49,429 nucleotides of DNA from Bifidobacteriaceae bacterium (GCA_031278075.1 JAITLE010000216.1:1-49429), one strand, 5' to 3'. Counted from the stretch's first letter, positions 10,559 through 20,847 are shown. Program-made: numbers and translations. The notes: a model not told the origin generated them from the letters alone.

Positions 10559-11263
10559 TCAGTTGCCCTCCTTGAACGGGAACCCCAGACGCTTGAGCAG
10601 CGCCCGGCCCTTGTCGTCGTCGTCCGCGCTGGTCACCACGGTGATGTCCATGCCTCGGACCCTGTCGATGCGGTCTTGGTCGATCTCATGGAACATCGAC
10701 TGCTCCGTCAGACCGAAGGTGTAATTGCCGTGCCCGTCGAACTGGCGATCCGACAGCCCGCGGAAGTCGCGGATGCGCGGCAAAGCCGTGGTCAGGAGGC
10801 GGTCCAGGAACTCCCACATGCGGTCGCCCCGCAGGGTGACGTGGGCGCCGATCGGCATGCCCTCGCGCAGTTTGAACTGGGCGATCGACTTGCGCGCGCG
10901 CGTCACCGTGGCCTTCTGCCCCGTGATCAGCGCCAAATCGGCTTGGGCGCCCTCGATCAGCTTCGAGTCCCGAGCCGCGTCGCCCACGCCCATGTTGACC
11001 ACGATCTTGATCAGCTTGGGCGCCTGGTGCACGTTCCCGAGCGCGAAGTCCTTGACCAGCGTGGGCAGGATCTCCTCGCGGTAACGCACCTTCAGGCGCG
11101 GCGGGGTGGGCGCTGGGCCGCGGGCATCGGCCACACCGGACGGCGCCGCCTTCGCGTCGCCGCCCTTCGCCGGGGGCTTCCGGGGCGGCGGCGCGCCCTT
11201 GAGCGGCGGCTTTTTCGCCGGCGCCTTCTTCGCTGCGGTCTTCGCGTTGGTCTTCGCGGCCAT
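10559..11263 (-). CDS. rplE: 50S ribosomal protein uL5 with about 45-aa Lys/Ala/Pro-rich N-terminal extension
   Basis: Core [19 protein letters not shown] ... [11 protein letters not shown] ... GFPFKEGN. The ATG at 11263 is 5 nt after the rplX stop with AAGGAG 11 nt upstream. Confidence 0.92.
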   Translation of the reverse strand: MAAKTNAKTAAKKAPAKKPPLKGAPPPRKPPAKGGDAKAAPSGVADARGPAPTPPRLKVRYREEILPTLVKDFALGNVHQAPKLIKIVVNMGVGDAARDSKLIEGAQADLALITGQKATVTRARKSIAQFKLREGMPIGAHVTLRGDRMWEFLDRLLTTALPRIRDFRGLSDRQFDGHGNYTFGLTEQSMFHEIDQDRIDRVRGMDITVVTSADDDDKGRALLKRLGFPFKEGN

Positions 11264-11268
11264 CGGCG

Positions 11269-11610
11269 CTACAGCTCCTTACCCGATTGCTTGGCGTAAC
11301 GCACCCGCACCACGCGAGTGCGGCCATCGCGCTCGACGGTCTCCTCGCGGTGGCCCACCCGGGTGGGCTTGCGGGTCTGGGGGTCCACCACCATCACATT
11401 CGACACGTGGATCGGCGCCTCGATGGTCTCGATCCCGCCGGTCTTGCCGCCTCGCTGGCTCTGACCCACCTTGCGGTGCTTGGTGACGCGCTGGACGCCC
11501 TCCACAATCAACCGGTCCTTTTCCTTGATCACGGCGAGGACGCGGCCCTGCTTGCCGCGGTCCCGACCAGAGATCACCTGGACCAGGTCGCCCTTCTTGA
11601 TATTCGCCAT
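11269..11610 (-). CDS. rplX: 50S ribosomal protein uL24
   Basis: 113 aa: [27 protein letters not shown] (KOW motif). Confidence 0.95.
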   Translation of the reverse strand: MANIKKGDLVQVISGRDRGKQGRVLAVIKEKDRLIVEGVQRVTKHRKVGQSQRGGKTGGIETIEAPIHVSNVMVVDPQTRKPTRVGHREETVERDGRTRVVRVRYAKQSGKEL

Positions 11611-11614
11611 GTCG

Positions 11615-11983
11615 CTACAGCACCTCCGGCGCCAATGAGATGATCTTCATGAACTTCTTCTCCCGCAGCTCACGGCCCACAGGGCCGAAGATGCGCGTGC
11701 CGCGGGGCTCGCCGTCGTTCTTCAGGATCACAGCGGCGTTCTCGTCGAACCGGATGTAACTGCCGTCGGGCCGGCGGCGCTCCTTGGTGGTGCGCACCAC
11801 GACGGCCTTGACGACATCGCCCTTCTTCACGCCCCCGCCGGGGATCGCGTCCTTGACGGTCGCGACGATCGTGTCGCCGATCGACGCGTAGCGTCGCCCG
11901 GAGCCGCCCAGCACACGGATGCACAAGATCTCCTTGGCGCCGGTGTTGTCGGCCACCCTCAGGCGGGTCTCCTGCTGAATCAT
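11615..11983 (-). CDS. rplN: 50S ribosomal protein uL14
   Basis: Track ORF trimmed to the ATG at 11983 ([18 protein letters not shown], 122 aa), which is preceded by GTGAGGA. Confidence 0.95.
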   Translation of the reverse strand: MIQQETRLRVADNTGAKEILCIRVLGGSGRRYASIGDTIVATVKDAIPGGGVKKGDVVKAVVVRTTKERRRPDGSYIRFDENAAVILKNDGEPRGTRIFGPVGRELREKKFMKIISLAPEVL

Positions 11984-11993
11984 GTCCTCACCC

Positions 11994-12272
11994 CTACTTG
12001 GCCTTCTCGAGGATCTCCACCACACGCCAGCGCTTCGTGGCGCTGAGCGGACGGGTCTCCATGATCAGCACCAGGTCGCCGACGCCGGCGGTCTCGTGCT
12101 CGTCGTGGGCCTTGACCTTGGTCACGCGGGTCATGACCTTGCCGTACAGCGGGTGCTTGACGCGTTCCTCCAGCCGGACCACCACGGTTTTCATCATCTT
12201 GTCGCTGACGACCAGGCCGCGCCGCGTCTTGCGGCGCGAGGTGCGCTGGGGCGCCGGGGCGGCGGTGCTCAC
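11994..12272 (-). CDS. rpsQ: 30S ribosomal protein uS17
   Basis: 92 aa: [29 protein letters not shown] ... [15 protein letters not shown]. Confidence 0.95.
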   Translation of the reverse strand: MSTAAPAPQRTSRRKTRRGLVVSDKMMKTVVVRLEERVKHPLYGKVMTRVTKVKAHDEHETAGVGDLVLIMETRPLSATKRWRVVEILEKAK

Positions 12273-12535
12273 TTCTTCTCAGCCTCCACGTTCGAGGTGG
12301 GCGCGGTGCGGATGCCAAGCTCCCGCTCCCGCAGTACGGTGTAAATTCGCGCGATGTCGCGTTTGACCGCCTTCAGGCGGCCGTGCGACTCCAAGTCGCC
12401 GGTGGCGCTCGCGAAACGCAAGTTGAACAGCTCTTCCTTCGAGCGGGCGAGTGCCGCCACCAGCCGCTCGTCGTCCAGCAGGTCGAGTTGATCGGGCGTC
12501 AGATCCTTCGAGCCGACAGGCATCTCACTCACCAC
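12269..12535 (-). CDS. rpmC: 50S ribosomal protein uL29
   Basis: 88 aa: [38 protein letters not shown]. An alternative ATG at 12523 would remove the overlap with rplP. Confidence 0.9.
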   Translation of the reverse strand: MVSEMPVGSKDLTPDQLDLLDDERLVAALARSKEELFNLRFASATGDLESHGRLKAVKRDIARIYTVLRERELGIRTAPTSNVEAEKK

Positions 12536-12941
12536 CCTCTCGTCTGATGAAGCGACACTTCATGGGCAGCTTGTGCATCGCGCGAGTCATCGCCTCGCGC
12601 GCCAGCGGCTCCGGCACACCCGACAACTCGAACACCACCCGGCCCGGCTTGATGTTCGCGATCCACCACTCCGGTGAGCCCTTGCCGGAGCCCATCCGGG
12701 TCTCGGCGGGCTTCTTGGTGAGCGGCCGGTCGGGGAAGACGTTGATCCACACCTTGCCGCCACGCTTGACGTGGCGGGTCATCGCGATACGAGCCGCCTC
12801 GATCTGGCGGTTCGTCAAATAGGCGGGTTCCAGCGCCTGGATGCCGTAGTCGCCGAACGCGATCTGGGTGCCGCCCTTCGCGGCGCCCGACCGTTTCGGG
12901 TGGTGCTGCTTGCGGTGTTTGACGCGGCGGGGAATGAGCAT
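12525..12941 (-). CDS. rplP: 50S ribosomal protein uL16
   Basis: 138 aa: [19 protein letters not shown] ... [21 protein letters not shown]. Confidence 0.96.
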   Translation of the reverse strand: MLIPRRVKHRKQHHPKRSGAAKGGTQIAFGDYGIQALEPAYLTNRQIEAARIAMTRHVKRGGKVWINVFPDRPLTKKPAETRMGSGKGSPEWWIANIKPGRVVFELSGVPEPLAREAMTRAMHKLPMKCRFIRREGGE

Positions 12942-12944
12942 GGC

Positions 12945-13751
12945 TCAGGCCTCCGTTCCTGTGGCGGCGCCCACCGGCGCCTGGTCATACGATTGCCGGC
13001 CACCGTCACGGCCGCCGTCACGGCCGCCGTCACGCCTGGGGCGCGACCGTTCGCGGTCCGGACGGCCGCGCGCCGGCCGGGGCGCGGCCGCCTGTCGGCG
13101 GGCGAACTCCTTCTCCGTCAGGTCGCCCTTGTAGATCCACACCTTCACGCCGATCCGGCCGAACGTGGTGCGGGCCTCGAAGAAGCCATAGTCGATGTTC
13201 GCCCGCAGTGTGTGGAGCGGCACCCGCCCCTCGCGGTAGAACTCCGAGCGGGACATCTCGGCCCCGCCCAAGCGGCCCGAACACTGCACCCTGACACCTT
13301 TGGCCCCGGCCCGTTGCGCGGACTGCAATCCCTTGCGCATCGCCCGGCGGAACGAGACCCGGCTCGCCAGCTGCTCGGCTATGCCCTGCGCCACCAACTG
13401 GGCGTTGATCTCCGGGTTCTTCACCTCGAGGATGTTCAGTTGGACCTGTTTGCCTGTCAGCTTCTCGAGTTCGCCCCGGATCCGATCCGCCTCGGCGCCG
13501 CGCCGGCCGATCACAATCCCGGGCCGGGCGGTGTGGATGTCGATCCGCACCCTGTCGCGGCTCCGCTCGATCTCCACCTTGGCGACGCCGGCCCGCTCAA
13601 GGCCGGTGGCCATGAGCCGACGGATCTCCACGTCCTCTTTCACGTAATCCCGGTAGCGCTGACCCGGCTTGGTGGAGTCGGCGAACCACCGAGAACGATG
13701 GTCGGTCGTGATCCCGAGCCTGAACCCAAGCGGGTTGACCTTCTGTCCCAC
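12945..13751 (-). CDS. rpsC: 30S ribosomal protein uS3 with Arg/Asp/Gly-repeat C-terminal tail
   Basis: 268 aa: [24 protein letters not shown]. The tail contains [12 protein letters not shown], encoded by a 12-nt tandem repeat at 12999-13034. Confidence 0.95.
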   Translation of the reverse strand: MGQKVNPLGFRLGITTDHRSRWFADSTKPGQRYRDYVKEDVEIRRLMATGLERAGVAKVEIERSRDRVRIDIHTARPGIVIGRRGAEADRIRGELEKLTGKQVQLNILEVKNPEINAQLVAQGIAEQLASRVSFRRAMRKGLQSAQRAGAKGVRVQCSGRLGGAEMSRSEFYREGRVPLHTLRANIDYGFFEARTTFGRIGVKVWIYKGDLTEKEFARRQAAAPRPARGRPDRERSRPRRDGGRDGGRDGGRQSYDQAPVGAATGTEA

Positions 13752-14239
13752 TAGCGAGCCCTCTCCTTCTGCTGGTTCGCGGGCCGATCTGCCTGGCCGC
13801 GCCGTCCGCTCCTAGAGCGGCTGACACCTGTGGCCGCCTCGCGCCGGGCGACCACCTCGGCGCGCTCGCGGACCACGAACGTGATGTGGCACGAACGCTT
13901 CAGAATCCGCCCTGCGCGGCCCTTGGCGCGCGGCCTGAAGCGTTTCATCGTGGGCCCCTCATCCACGTAGGCCTCGGCGACATACAGCGCCGTGGCGTCG
14001 GTGGCGAGCCCGTTGCGTTCCCGCTTCGTCAGGATCGAATCCCGCGCGGACTCCAGCACCTTGCGCGCTGGCAGGCTCGCCGCCTGCGGGGCGAACAAGA
14101 GCGTGCTCACGGCCTCGTCGACGCTCTTGCCGCGCACCAGGTCGACGACCCGGCGGGCCTTCATCGGCGTCATGCGGATCCTCCGGCCGGTCGCCCGGCC
14201 CGCCGCGAGGTCCACCACCTTCCTGGATTCCTTGCTCAT
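13751..14239 (-). CDS. rplV: 50S ribosomal protein uL22 (basic C-terminal extension)
   Basis: 162 aa: [36 protein letters not shown] ... [20 protein letters not shown]. Confidence 0.93.
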   Translation of the reverse strand: MSKESRKVVDLAAGRATGRRIRMTPMKARRVVDLVRGKSVDEAVSTLLFAPQAASLPARKVLESARDSILTKRERNGLATDATALYVAEAYVDEGPTMKRFRPRAKGRAGRILKRSCHITFVVRERAEVVARREAATGVSRSRSGRRGQADRPANQQKERAR

Positions 14240-14520
14240 CAGCGGCGACGTCCCTTCTTGTCGTCCTTCTCGTGGCCGCGGAACGTCCGCGTGGGCGCGA
14301 ACTCGCCCAGCTTGTGTCCCACCATCGACTCTGTGATGAACACCGGAACGTGTTTGCGGCCGTCATGCACCGCGAAGGTGTGGCCGAGGAAGTCTGGGGT
14401 GATCATGGACCGCCTAGACCAGGTCTTGATCACGGTCTTCAGGCCCTTCGCGTTGTGCTCGTCGACCTTCTTCTGGAGGTGGTCGTCGACGAACGGGCCC
14501 TTCTTCAAGCTGCGAGGCAT
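14239..14520 (-). CDS. rpsS: 30S ribosomal protein uS19
   Basis: 93 aa: [19 protein letters not shown] ... [16 protein letters not shown]. Confidence 0.96.
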   Translation of the reverse strand: MPRSLKKGPFVDDHLQKKVDEHNAKGLKTVIKTWSRRSMITPDFLGHTFAVHDGRKHVPVFITESMVGHKLGEFAPTRTFRGHEKDDKKGRRR

Positions 14521-14539
14521 TGTCTATCGGTCTCCTAGA

Positions 14540-15376
14540 TCAGCGCTTCTTGCCGGTGCGCCGGCGGCGGACGATCAACTTGTCGCTGGCCTTGCCCGGT
14601 TTGCGGGTCCGGCCCTCCGGTTTGCCCCACGGGCTGACCGGGTGGCGGCCACCGGACGTCTTGCCCTCGCCGCCGCCGTGCGGATGGTCTACGGGGTTCA
14701 TGGCGACGCCACGGACGTGGGGACGGCGTCCCTTCCAGCGCATCCGGCCCGCTTTGCCCCAGTTGATGTTCGACTGCTCCGCGTTGCCGACCTCTCCGAT
14801 CGTGGCGCGGCACTGCAGGTCGACGTTCCTGATCTCGCCGGACGGCAGCCTAAGCTGCGCGAATCGGCCCTCTTTGGCGACCAACTGGATCGACGAGCCG
14901 GCGCTGCGCGCCAACTTGGCCCCGGCGCCCGGGTTCAACTCGACCGCATGGATCACCGTGCCCAACGGGATGTTGCGCAGCGGCAAGTTGTTGCCCGGCT
15001 TGATGTCAGCGTTCGGCCCGGATTCGATCCGGTCGCCCTGGGAAAGCCGCGCGGGCGCCAGGATGTAACGCTTGGAACCGTCCACGAAGTGCAGCAACGC
15101 GATCCGCGCTGTCCGGTTCGGGTCGTATTCGATGTGCGCCACCTTGGCCGGCACGCCGTCTTTGTCATTCCGTTTGAAGTCGATGACGCGGTAGGCCCGT
15201 TTGTGGCCGCCGCCGCGGTGCCGCGCGGTGATCTTGCCGGACGAGTTCCGCCCGCCGGTCTTGGTCAGCGGCCGAACGAGCGACTTCTCGGGCTTGGAGC
15301 GCGTGATCTCGGCGAAGTCCGAGACCGACGAGCCGCGCCTGCCCGGCGTGGTCGGCGAGTACTTCCTGATAGCCAT
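14540..15376 (-). CDS. rplB: 50S ribosomal protein uL2
   Basis: 278 aa: [17 protein letters not shown] ... [29 protein letters not shown]. Confidence 0.97.
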   Translation of the reverse strand: MAIRKYSPTTPGRRGSSVSDFAEITRSKPEKSLVRPLTKTGGRNSSGKITARHRGGGHKRAYRVIDFKRNDKDGVPAKVAHIEYDPNRTARIALLHFVDGSKRYILAPARLSQGDRIESGPNADIKPGNNLPLRNIPLGTVIHAVELNPGAGAKLARSAGSSIQLVAKEGRFAQLRLPSGEIRNVDLQCRATIGEVGNAEQSNINWGKAGRMRWKGRRPHVRGVAMNPVDHPHGGGEGKTSGGRHPVSPWGKPEGRTRKPGKASDKLIVRRRRTGKKR

Positions 15377-15397
15377 AGCGGTCTTCCAGCCCTTCTG

Positions 15398-15706
15398 CTA
15401 ACCGACTTGCGCGCCGAAGACGTCGATGGAGCCCTCCGCGAGCGTCACAATGGCCCGTTTGGTGGACTTCCGCCGGCCGATCCCCTGGCGGGTCCGTGTG
15501 GTCTTGCCTTGGCGGTTGATCGTGTTGACCGCGGCGACCTTCACTCCGAAGATCTTCTCCACGGCGATCCGGATCTCGGTCTTGTTGGCGCCGGGCGCCA
15601 CGATGAACGTGTACTTGCCCAGCTCGATCATCCCGTAGCTCTTCTCGGAGACCACCGGGCGGATGATCACGTCCCGGGGGTTCTTGGGCAACGCTATCTT
15701 GCTCAT
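15398..15706 (-). CDS. rplW: 50S ribosomal protein uL23
   Basis: 102 aa: [46 protein letters not shown]. Confidence 0.95.
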   Translation of the reverse strand: MSKIALPKNPRDVIIRPVVSEKSYGMIELGKYTFIVAPGANKTEIRIAVEKIFGVKVAAVNTINRQGKTTRTRQGIGRRKSTKRAIVTLAEGSIDVFGAQVG

Positions 15707-16650
15707 CTCGCCTCCTCGATGTCTGTGGACGCCGCGTCAGCGCCCGATGCCGTGCCCTCAGCCTCGGCATCATCCAAGGTGTCGTCGTCGGTCGCGTCGT
15801 CGGCTGCCTCCGTGACGCCATCCTCCGTCTCTTCCACGGCGTCCGCCTCGTCAGCGGCGGCGTCAGCGGCCGCATCGTCAGCGGCGGCGTCAGCGGCCGC
15901 ATCCTCAGCGGCTGCGTCAGCGGCCGCATCGTCAGCGCCGGCTTGGGCGACTGCGGCGTCTTCAGCGGCCTTGGCGGCGCCGGCCCGGGCGGCCAGGACC
16001 GCCTCACCCAAGGGATCGAGGCCGGACTTCGGGCTGGCCAAGAAGTCGGCCAGCGCGGCCCACGTGAAGATCACGTCGTCCGAGACCACCACGTCATAGG
16101 TGTTGAGCTGGTCCGGGGTCAAGAGGTGCACCTGCGGGAGGTTGCGCACCGACAGGAGGCCCACCTCCTGGTCACGGTTGATCACCACGAGCACCCTGGG
16201 GCGCTCGGTGAGCTGGGCCACAAACCGCGCCGCGGCGCGCGTGGCGGGCGTCGCGCCGGCCACGAAATCGCGCACCACATGGATTCGCCCGTGACGGGCC
16301 CGGTCGGAGAGAGCGCCGCGCAGCGCCGCCGCCTTCATCTTCTTGGGCGTGCGCTGCGAGTAGTCCCGCGGCTGCGGCCCATGCACCACGCCGCCGCCCT
16401 TGAACTGAGGCGCACGGGTCGAGCCCTGTCGGGCCCGCCCGGTGCCCTTCTGGCGATAAGGTTTGCGGCCACCGCCGCGCACCATGCCGCGGGTCCTCGT
16501 GGCGTGCGTCCCCTGCCGGGCCGCGGCCAACTGGGCGACGACCACCTGGTGCAACAACGGGATGTTCGCTGGGACGCCGAAGACGGCGTCGGGCAGCTCG
16601 GCCGTGCCGATCTTGCCGGCCGCCGGGTCCCACACATCGACTGTGCTCAT
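15703..16650 (-). CDS. rplD: 50S ribosomal protein uL4 with about 100-aa acidic Ala/Asp-repeat C-terminal tail
   Basis: Track ORF trimmed to the ATG at 16650 ([20 protein letters not shown]). This start overlaps the rplC stop as ATGA. Core [33 protein letters not shown]. The tail runs to an ATGA overlap with rplW. Confidence 0.9.
   Translation of the reverse strand: MSTVDVWDPAAGKIGTAELPDAVFGVPANIPLLHQVVVAQLAAARQGTHATRTRGMVRGGGRKPYRQKGTGRARQGSTRAPQFKGGGVVHGPQPRDYSQRTPKKMKAAALRGALSDRARHGRIHVVRDFVAGATPATRAAARFVAQLTERPRVLVVINRDQEVGLLSVRNLPQVHLLTPDQLNTYDVVVSDDVIFTWAALADFLASPKSGLDPLGEAVLAARAGAAKAAEDAAVAQAGADDAAADAAAEDAAADAAADDAAADAAADEADAVEETEDGVTEAADDATDDDTLDDAEAEGTASGADAASTDIEEAR
15849..15942. 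repeat. 27-nt tandem repeat (about 3.5 copies) inside the rplD tail
   Basis: CGTCAGCGGCGGCGTCAGCGGCCGCAT at 15849 and 15876, a variant at 15903 and a partial copy at 15930. It encodes the (D/E)AAADAAAD-type 9-aa repeat. Confidence 0.75.
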
Positions 16651-17318
16651 GCCCTCGGCTCTCCCTTCACCGCGTCCCTGACCAACACCAAGCCGCCGTT
16701 CGGACCCGGCACGGCGCCCTTCACCAGCAGCAGCCCGTTCTCGACGTCGATCGCGTGCAGACGCAGATTCAACGTGGTGTGGCGCGCGTTGCCCATCCGG
16801 CCGGCCATGCGCATGCCCTTGAGGACCCGGGCGGGGGTGGCGCACGCGCCGATCGAACCCGGCTTGCGGTGGTTGCGGTGCGCGCCGTGCGAGGCGCCGA
16901 CGCCGGCGAAGCCGTGCCTCTTCATCACGCCGGCGGTTCCCTTGCCTTTGGTGGTCCCCGTCACGTCCACCAACTGGCCGGCCTCGAACACGTCCGCTTT
17001 GAGTTCGGTCCCGACCGTGTACGACTCGGAGTCCCGGAGCTTGACCTCCGCCAGGTGACGGCGGGGGGTGACACCGGCTTTCGCGAAGTGCCCGGTCTCC
17101 GGCTTGTTGACCCTGGTCGGCTTGATCGCGCCGTACCCCAGTTGGACAGCGCTGTAGCCGTCGACTTCCTGGGTGCGCACCTGCGTGACGACATTCACGC
17201 CCACCGCGATCACGGTGAGCGGAACAACGCGTCCCGCCGAGTCCCAGAGCTGGGTCATCCCCAGCTTGGCGCCCAGCAGGGCCGCTTTGGGCCGTGCTTC
17301 CAATGCAACGCTACTCAT
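16647..17318 (-). CDS. rplC: 50S ribosomal protein uL3
   Basis: 223 aa: [23 protein letters not shown] ... [33 protein letters not shown]. Confidence 0.95.
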   Translation of the reverse strand: MSSVALEARPKAALLGAKLGMTQLWDSAGRVVPLTVIAVGVNVVTQVRTQEVDGYSAVQLGYGAIKPTRVNKPETGHFAKAGVTPRRHLAEVKLRDSESYTVGTELKADVFEAGQLVDVTGTTKGKGTAGVMKRHGFAGVGASHGAHRNHRKPGSIGACATPARVLKGMRMAGRMGNARHTTLNLRLHAIDVENGLLLVKGAVPGPNGGLVLVRDAVKGEPRA

Positions 17319-17373
17319 CTTCTTCGTGGTCCTCTTGGGTCCGTGGGTTGTCCTGTATGGCCCTGGGGCGCGC

Positions 17374-17682
17374 CTAGAGCTTGATCTCGATGTTCACGTC
17401 CGGCGGCAGATCCAGCCGCATCAGGCTGTCCACCGCCTTCGGCGTCGGGTCGATGATGTCGATCAGACGCTTATGGGTGCGCATCTCGAAGTGTTCCCGG
17501 CTGTCCTTGTATTTGTGGGGAGAGCGGATGACACAGTACACGTTCTTCTCGGTCGGGAGCGGCACCGGACCCACCACGGTGGCGCCAGCCCGAGTCACCG
17601 TCTCCACGATCTTCCGCGCCGACGAGTCGATGACCTGGTGGTCATACGACTTCAGCCGTATCCGGATCTTCTGCACAGCCAT
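17374..17682 (-). CDS. rpsJ: 30S ribosomal protein uS10
   Basis: 102 aa: [29 protein letters not shown] ... [31 protein letters not shown]. Confidence 0.97.
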   Translation of the reverse strand: MAVQKIRIRLKSYDHQVIDSSARKIVETVTRAGATVVGPVPLPTEKNVYCVIRSPHKYKDSREHFEMRTHKRLIDIIDPTPKAVDSLMRLDLPPDVNIEIKL

Positions 17683-17932
17683 GGCGTGGGCATCTCCCTT
17701 GGGTCATAGGAAAGTCGTCGGTTGGACCGCCCCCCGCGCTCGGGCGTGTCGCGGGCCGACCGACGGATCGGCCCGCGTCGCTGGATCGAAAGGGGGTGGG
17801 CCGCGGCTCTCGCCGCCCACGGCGGGGCAGGCTCAAACCGCGTCGCCTGGCACTGGGCCGAGGCGACCGCTACATGTTGCCAGATTTGAGCCCCGATTGG
17901 AAATCGGCGGGCGAGTCGGCGCCGCGGCCGCC
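17683..17932 (-). promoter_or_regulatory. structured S10-operon upstream/leader region
   Basis: 250-nt non-coding gap. Hairpins: GCGGGCCGA/TCGGCCCGC (17751-17776, 9 bp), GTGGGC/GCCCAC (17796-17820) and GTCGCC/GGCGAC (17842-17867). No promoter hexamers assigned. Confidence 0.35.
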
Positions 17933-18682
17933 TCACCCGACGAGCAGACAGACCACCGCCACCCCGATGAACACCATGACCAGGCGATCGAAAACGCCCT
18001 GGTCGAGCCGCGCCACAAACCGGCGGCCCAGAACCGCGCCGACCAACACGACGGGCGCGAACGCCAAGCCGAACAGCGCCACCGGCGGACGCATCACCCC
18101 CAAGACGATCGACACCGGCAGTTTCGCCACGTTGATCGCGAAGTAGAACCAGGCCGAGGTGCCCAAGAAGCGCAGCTTGTCGAACCGCGCGGCCAACAGG
18201 TACAGGCTGAAGGCCGGCCCGCCCGCGTTGGCCACCATGGTGGTGAAACCCGCCAATCCGCCGTAGGCCGCTGCGACCGGCCGACGCTCCGCCTCGAGCT
18301 TGCCCGGTCTTAGGCCGACCACCAGCAGCGCCAACAGGATCACTCCGATGGTGCGCTTCAGCGCCCAGTCGCTCACCCAGTTCAAGAAGACGGCGCCCAC
18401 GGCGATCCCAGCCGCCACCGGCGGCATCATGCGGCCGATCAACCGCCACGCGACGTGCCGGCGATAAACCCAGATCGCCACCAGATCAGCCACCAGGTAC
18501 ATGGTCAGGATCGCGCCGGTCGACTCCTTGGTCGGCAGCAACGCCGCGCAGGCCGCCACCGACAACATGGCGACGTTCGCGATCGCGGTCTTCGAGAATC
18601 CGACCAGGAGCGCCGCCAGGCCGACGACCAAATAGCCCCACCCCGGCAGCTGCTGCCAGACCTGGGAGAAATCCGTCACCAT
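17933..18682 (-). CDS. TauE/SafE (TSUP) family anion permease
   Basis: 249 aa, about 8 hydrophobic segments, DUF81/TauE-like sequence (GLAALLVGFSKTAIA ... GGLAGFTTMVANAGGPAFSLYLL). 7-nt overlap with the upstream gene. Confidence 0.75.
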   Translation of the reverse strand: MVTDFSQVWQQLPGWGYLVVGLAALLVGFSKTAIANVAMLSVAACAALLPTKESTGAILTMYLVADLVAIWVYRRHVAWRLIGRMMPPVAAGIAVGAVFLNWVSDWALKRTIGVILLALLVVGLRPGKLEAERRPVAAAYGGLAGFTTMVANAGGPAFSLYLLAARFDKLRFLGTSAWFYFAINVAKLPVSIVLGVMRPPVALFGLAFAPVVLVGAVLGRRFVARLDQGVFDRLVMVFIGVAVVCLLVG

Positions 18683-19902
18683 CCCGTCAGGGACCGCAAG
18701 GCCGGGGCTACCCGGTCGACTCCGGCCCGATACGCCACGCGTGCCGCGCGGCGCAACACACGGCGCCCGGCGCCCGGCGCCCGGCTGCGCCGCGCCAGCC
18801 CCCGCAGGTAGGCGGGCGCGAACGACTCGTTGTAGAGGGGCTCGATCGGTCCCCGGTCGGCCGCGACCAAAGCGGCCAGGCGATCGGCCAGGCTGGGCGG
18901 CGGCGGCGGCGCGTCAGGCGCCAGGCCTTGGGCGACGCGCCACTCGGGACGCGCGGCAGGCGACGCGCCAGCGTCGATCTGGTCCATCGACACCACACAG
19001 CCGGAGTCGATGTAGAACGCGACGCCGGTGTTCTCCACCAGGCCGAAGTCCGCCAGGATCCCGGTCGGGATGCCAGCGTGGATCGCCTCGACCGCCGCGG
19101 TCGAAGACACCGTCAGCAGCAGATCGGCGCGAGCCAACATCTCCCGCATCGGGCCCGCCACGACCTTGAAGTTCGGCGTCTGGTCAGCGCCGGCATCACG
19201 CGCCAAGCGGTGGTACGGATGCGGCTCCACATGCGTCAACCGCTCCCCCGGCAACCCTCTGACCTTGAGGATCACCTCGCGGTCGGGATGGCTGCGAGCG
19301 TGGGCGACCAGGCGGCGGACCAGATAGAGGCGGTCCTCCCGGCCCGCGGGGATACCCGGTTGGGCCGCGAACACCACGGTGAAGGGCAGGTCGGCAGGCC
19401 TCGGCTCGCGGGGCGCCAAGAACGGCAGACGCGTCTCGACGAGGCAAGCCGGGTCGCGCCCGAGCGCGGTGAGGACGCCACGGAACCAGTCGGCATCGTG
19501 CGGCGAATTCGCCAAGATCATGTCCGCGCCCACCCGCTCCGCGAGGCCCGCGATCGCGCCCCGCAAGATCACGCCGACCCAACCGGCGACGACGACCGGG
19601 CGGACGGCGCCGAACGTGTGGCGCGCCATCAGTTGCAACGCGACCTGGCAAGTGTCGCCCGGCAACGCGAGCACCACCGCGTCGAAACCGCCGCGGTCGA
19701 GCTCGGCGGCGAGCCGCGGCAGCTCCAGCGGCTGGACGGTCGCGACGTCGACGCCCGCCTCCGCGACTTGGCGGGCTGTCGGCGCGCCCAGCGAGGAGAT
19801 CAGGAAACTGCGGGCCGGCGCCGCCGCCCCCAACGCCGCCACGGTCGCGGCGCCCCACTTCCAACGCGAGTCCGAGTCTGCGATCAAGGCGACGCTTGGC
19901 AC
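18676..19902 (-). CDS. hypothetical protein, putative glycan/ulosonic-acid transferase (GT-B-like, contains an HP motif)
   Basis: 408 aa. Rossmann-like N-half (VALIADSDSRWKW). C-half FTVVFAAQPGIP ... THVEPHPYH ... LLLTVSSTAAVEAIHAGIP resembles capsule/teichoic-type polymerising transferases. The call rests on locus context, so function is low confidence. Confidence 0.4.
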   Translation of the reverse strand: MPSVALIADSDSRWKWGAATVAALGAAAPARSFLISSLGAPTARQVAEAGVDVATVQPLELPRLAAELDRGGFDAVVLALPGDTCQVALQLMARHTFGAVRPVVVAGWVGVILRGAIAGLAERVGADMILANSPHDADWFRGVLTALGRDPACLVETRLPFLAPREPRPADLPFTVVFAAQPGIPAGREDRLYLVRRLVAHARSHPDREVILKVRGLPGERLTHVEPHPYHRLARDAGADQTPNFKVVAGPMREMLARADLLLTVSSTAAVEAIHAGIPTGILADFGLVENTGVAFYIDSGCVVSMDQIDAGASPAARPEWRVAQGLAPDAPPPPPSLADRLAALVAADRGPIEPLYNESFAPAYLRGLARRSRAPGAGRRVLRRAARVAYRAGVDRVAPALRSLTGW

Positions 19903-19923
19903 TTGCCCATCTCCCCGGGACCG

Positions 19924-20835
19924 TCAAACGTGCCGACGCAACCGGGCCGCGGCGGCCAGCTCCGACGGATACACCCGCTTGACGCCGTCGCCCATCGACT
20001 GCTCGACGGCGCGGATGTCCCGCACCAGCCGAGCCATCCCGCCCGGCTCGACCGACGCCGCCTGGTCCGAGCCCCACATGGAGCGATCCAGCGTGAAATG
20101 CCGCTCGACCATGCAGGCGCCCAGGGCGACAGCGGCGACCGATGTCGACAAGCCCACCTCGTGGCCCGAATAACCGACCGGGACACCCGGGAACGCGGCC
20201 GCCAAAGTGCGGATGACGCGAAGGTTCAGCTGGTCCGGTGGCGCGGGATAGGTGCTGGTCGCATGGCACAGGATGAGGCGGCCCCGGTCCAGTTGGGCGA
20301 CCGCCCGCTCGATCTGCTCCCAGCTCGACATGCCCGTGGACAAGATCACCGCGGGCCCGGCGGCCTTCGCGGCGGCCAACAGCTCGGCGTCGGTCAGGCA
20401 GGCGGAGGCGATCTTGACCGCCGGCGGGTCGAACTGCGCCAAGAACTCGAGGCTGGGCACATCCCACGGCGAGGCGAACCAGTCCAGACCCAGCTCCCGG
20501 CAGCGGCGGTCGATCGCCTGGTACTCCGCCTCGCCGAACTCCACCCTGCGGCGGTAGTCGATATAGGTCATCTCGCCCCATGGGGTTTCGCGCAACTTGT
20601 CCCACTGGTCGCGGGGAGTGGCGATCTCGGGCGTCCGCTTTTGGAACTTGACCGCGTCGACGCCGGCGGCGTGCGCCCGCTGCACCATCTCCAACGCGAG
20701 CTCGAGCGACCCGTTGTGGTTGATCCCGATCTCCGCGATCACATAGGTCGGCTCACCTGCGCCAACGGCCCGGCCGCCCACCTGGACCACCGCCGGCGCC
20801 TCCGGCGCCGCTTTCACATCGTCTGCCATGGTCAA
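19924..20835 (-). CDS. neuB: NeuB-family nonulosonic acid (sialic-acid-like) synthase, apparently lacking the C-terminal SAF domain
   Basis: 303 aa: YVIAEIGINHNGSLELALEMVQRAHAAGVDAVKFQKR ... VILSTGMS ... YSGHEVG ... VERHFTLD. The protein ends shortly after the TIM-barrel part. Confidence 0.85.
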   Translation of the reverse strand: MTMADDVKAAPEAPAVVQVGGRAVGAGEPTYVIAEIGINHNGSLELALEMVQRAHAAGVDAVKFQKRTPEIATPRDQWDKLRETPWGEMTYIDYRRRVEFGEAEYQAIDRRCRELGLDWFASPWDVPSLEFLAQFDPPAVKIASACLTDAELLAAAKAAGPAVILSTGMSSWEQIERAVAQLDRGRLILCHATSTYPAPPDQLNLRVIRTLAAAFPGVPVGYSGHEVGLSTSVAAVALGACMVERHFTLDRSMWGSDQAASVEPGGMARLVRDIRAVEQSMGDGVKRVYPSELAAAARLRRHV

Positions 20836-20847
20836 TCCTTATCTCTC

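Noticed and set aside
13886-16099. 737-aa plus-strand ORF. Similar giant ORFs occur at 18928-21459, 26805-28124, 28121-29731, 32956-35397, 37189-39966 and 41014-42954.
   Set aside because: All lie antisense to strongly recognisable genes (r-proteins, tuf, fusA, rpoC, rpoB, pilC/pilT, NeuB/NeuA). Their translations are Arg/Gly/Ala/Pro-rich low complexity, typical of stop-codon-poor high-GC antisense frames.
17652-18449. 265-aa minus-strand ORF overlapping the TauE gene and the S10 leader.
   Set aside because: It is off-frame to a coherent multi-TM permease, and its sequence is Arg/Gly-rich low complexity.
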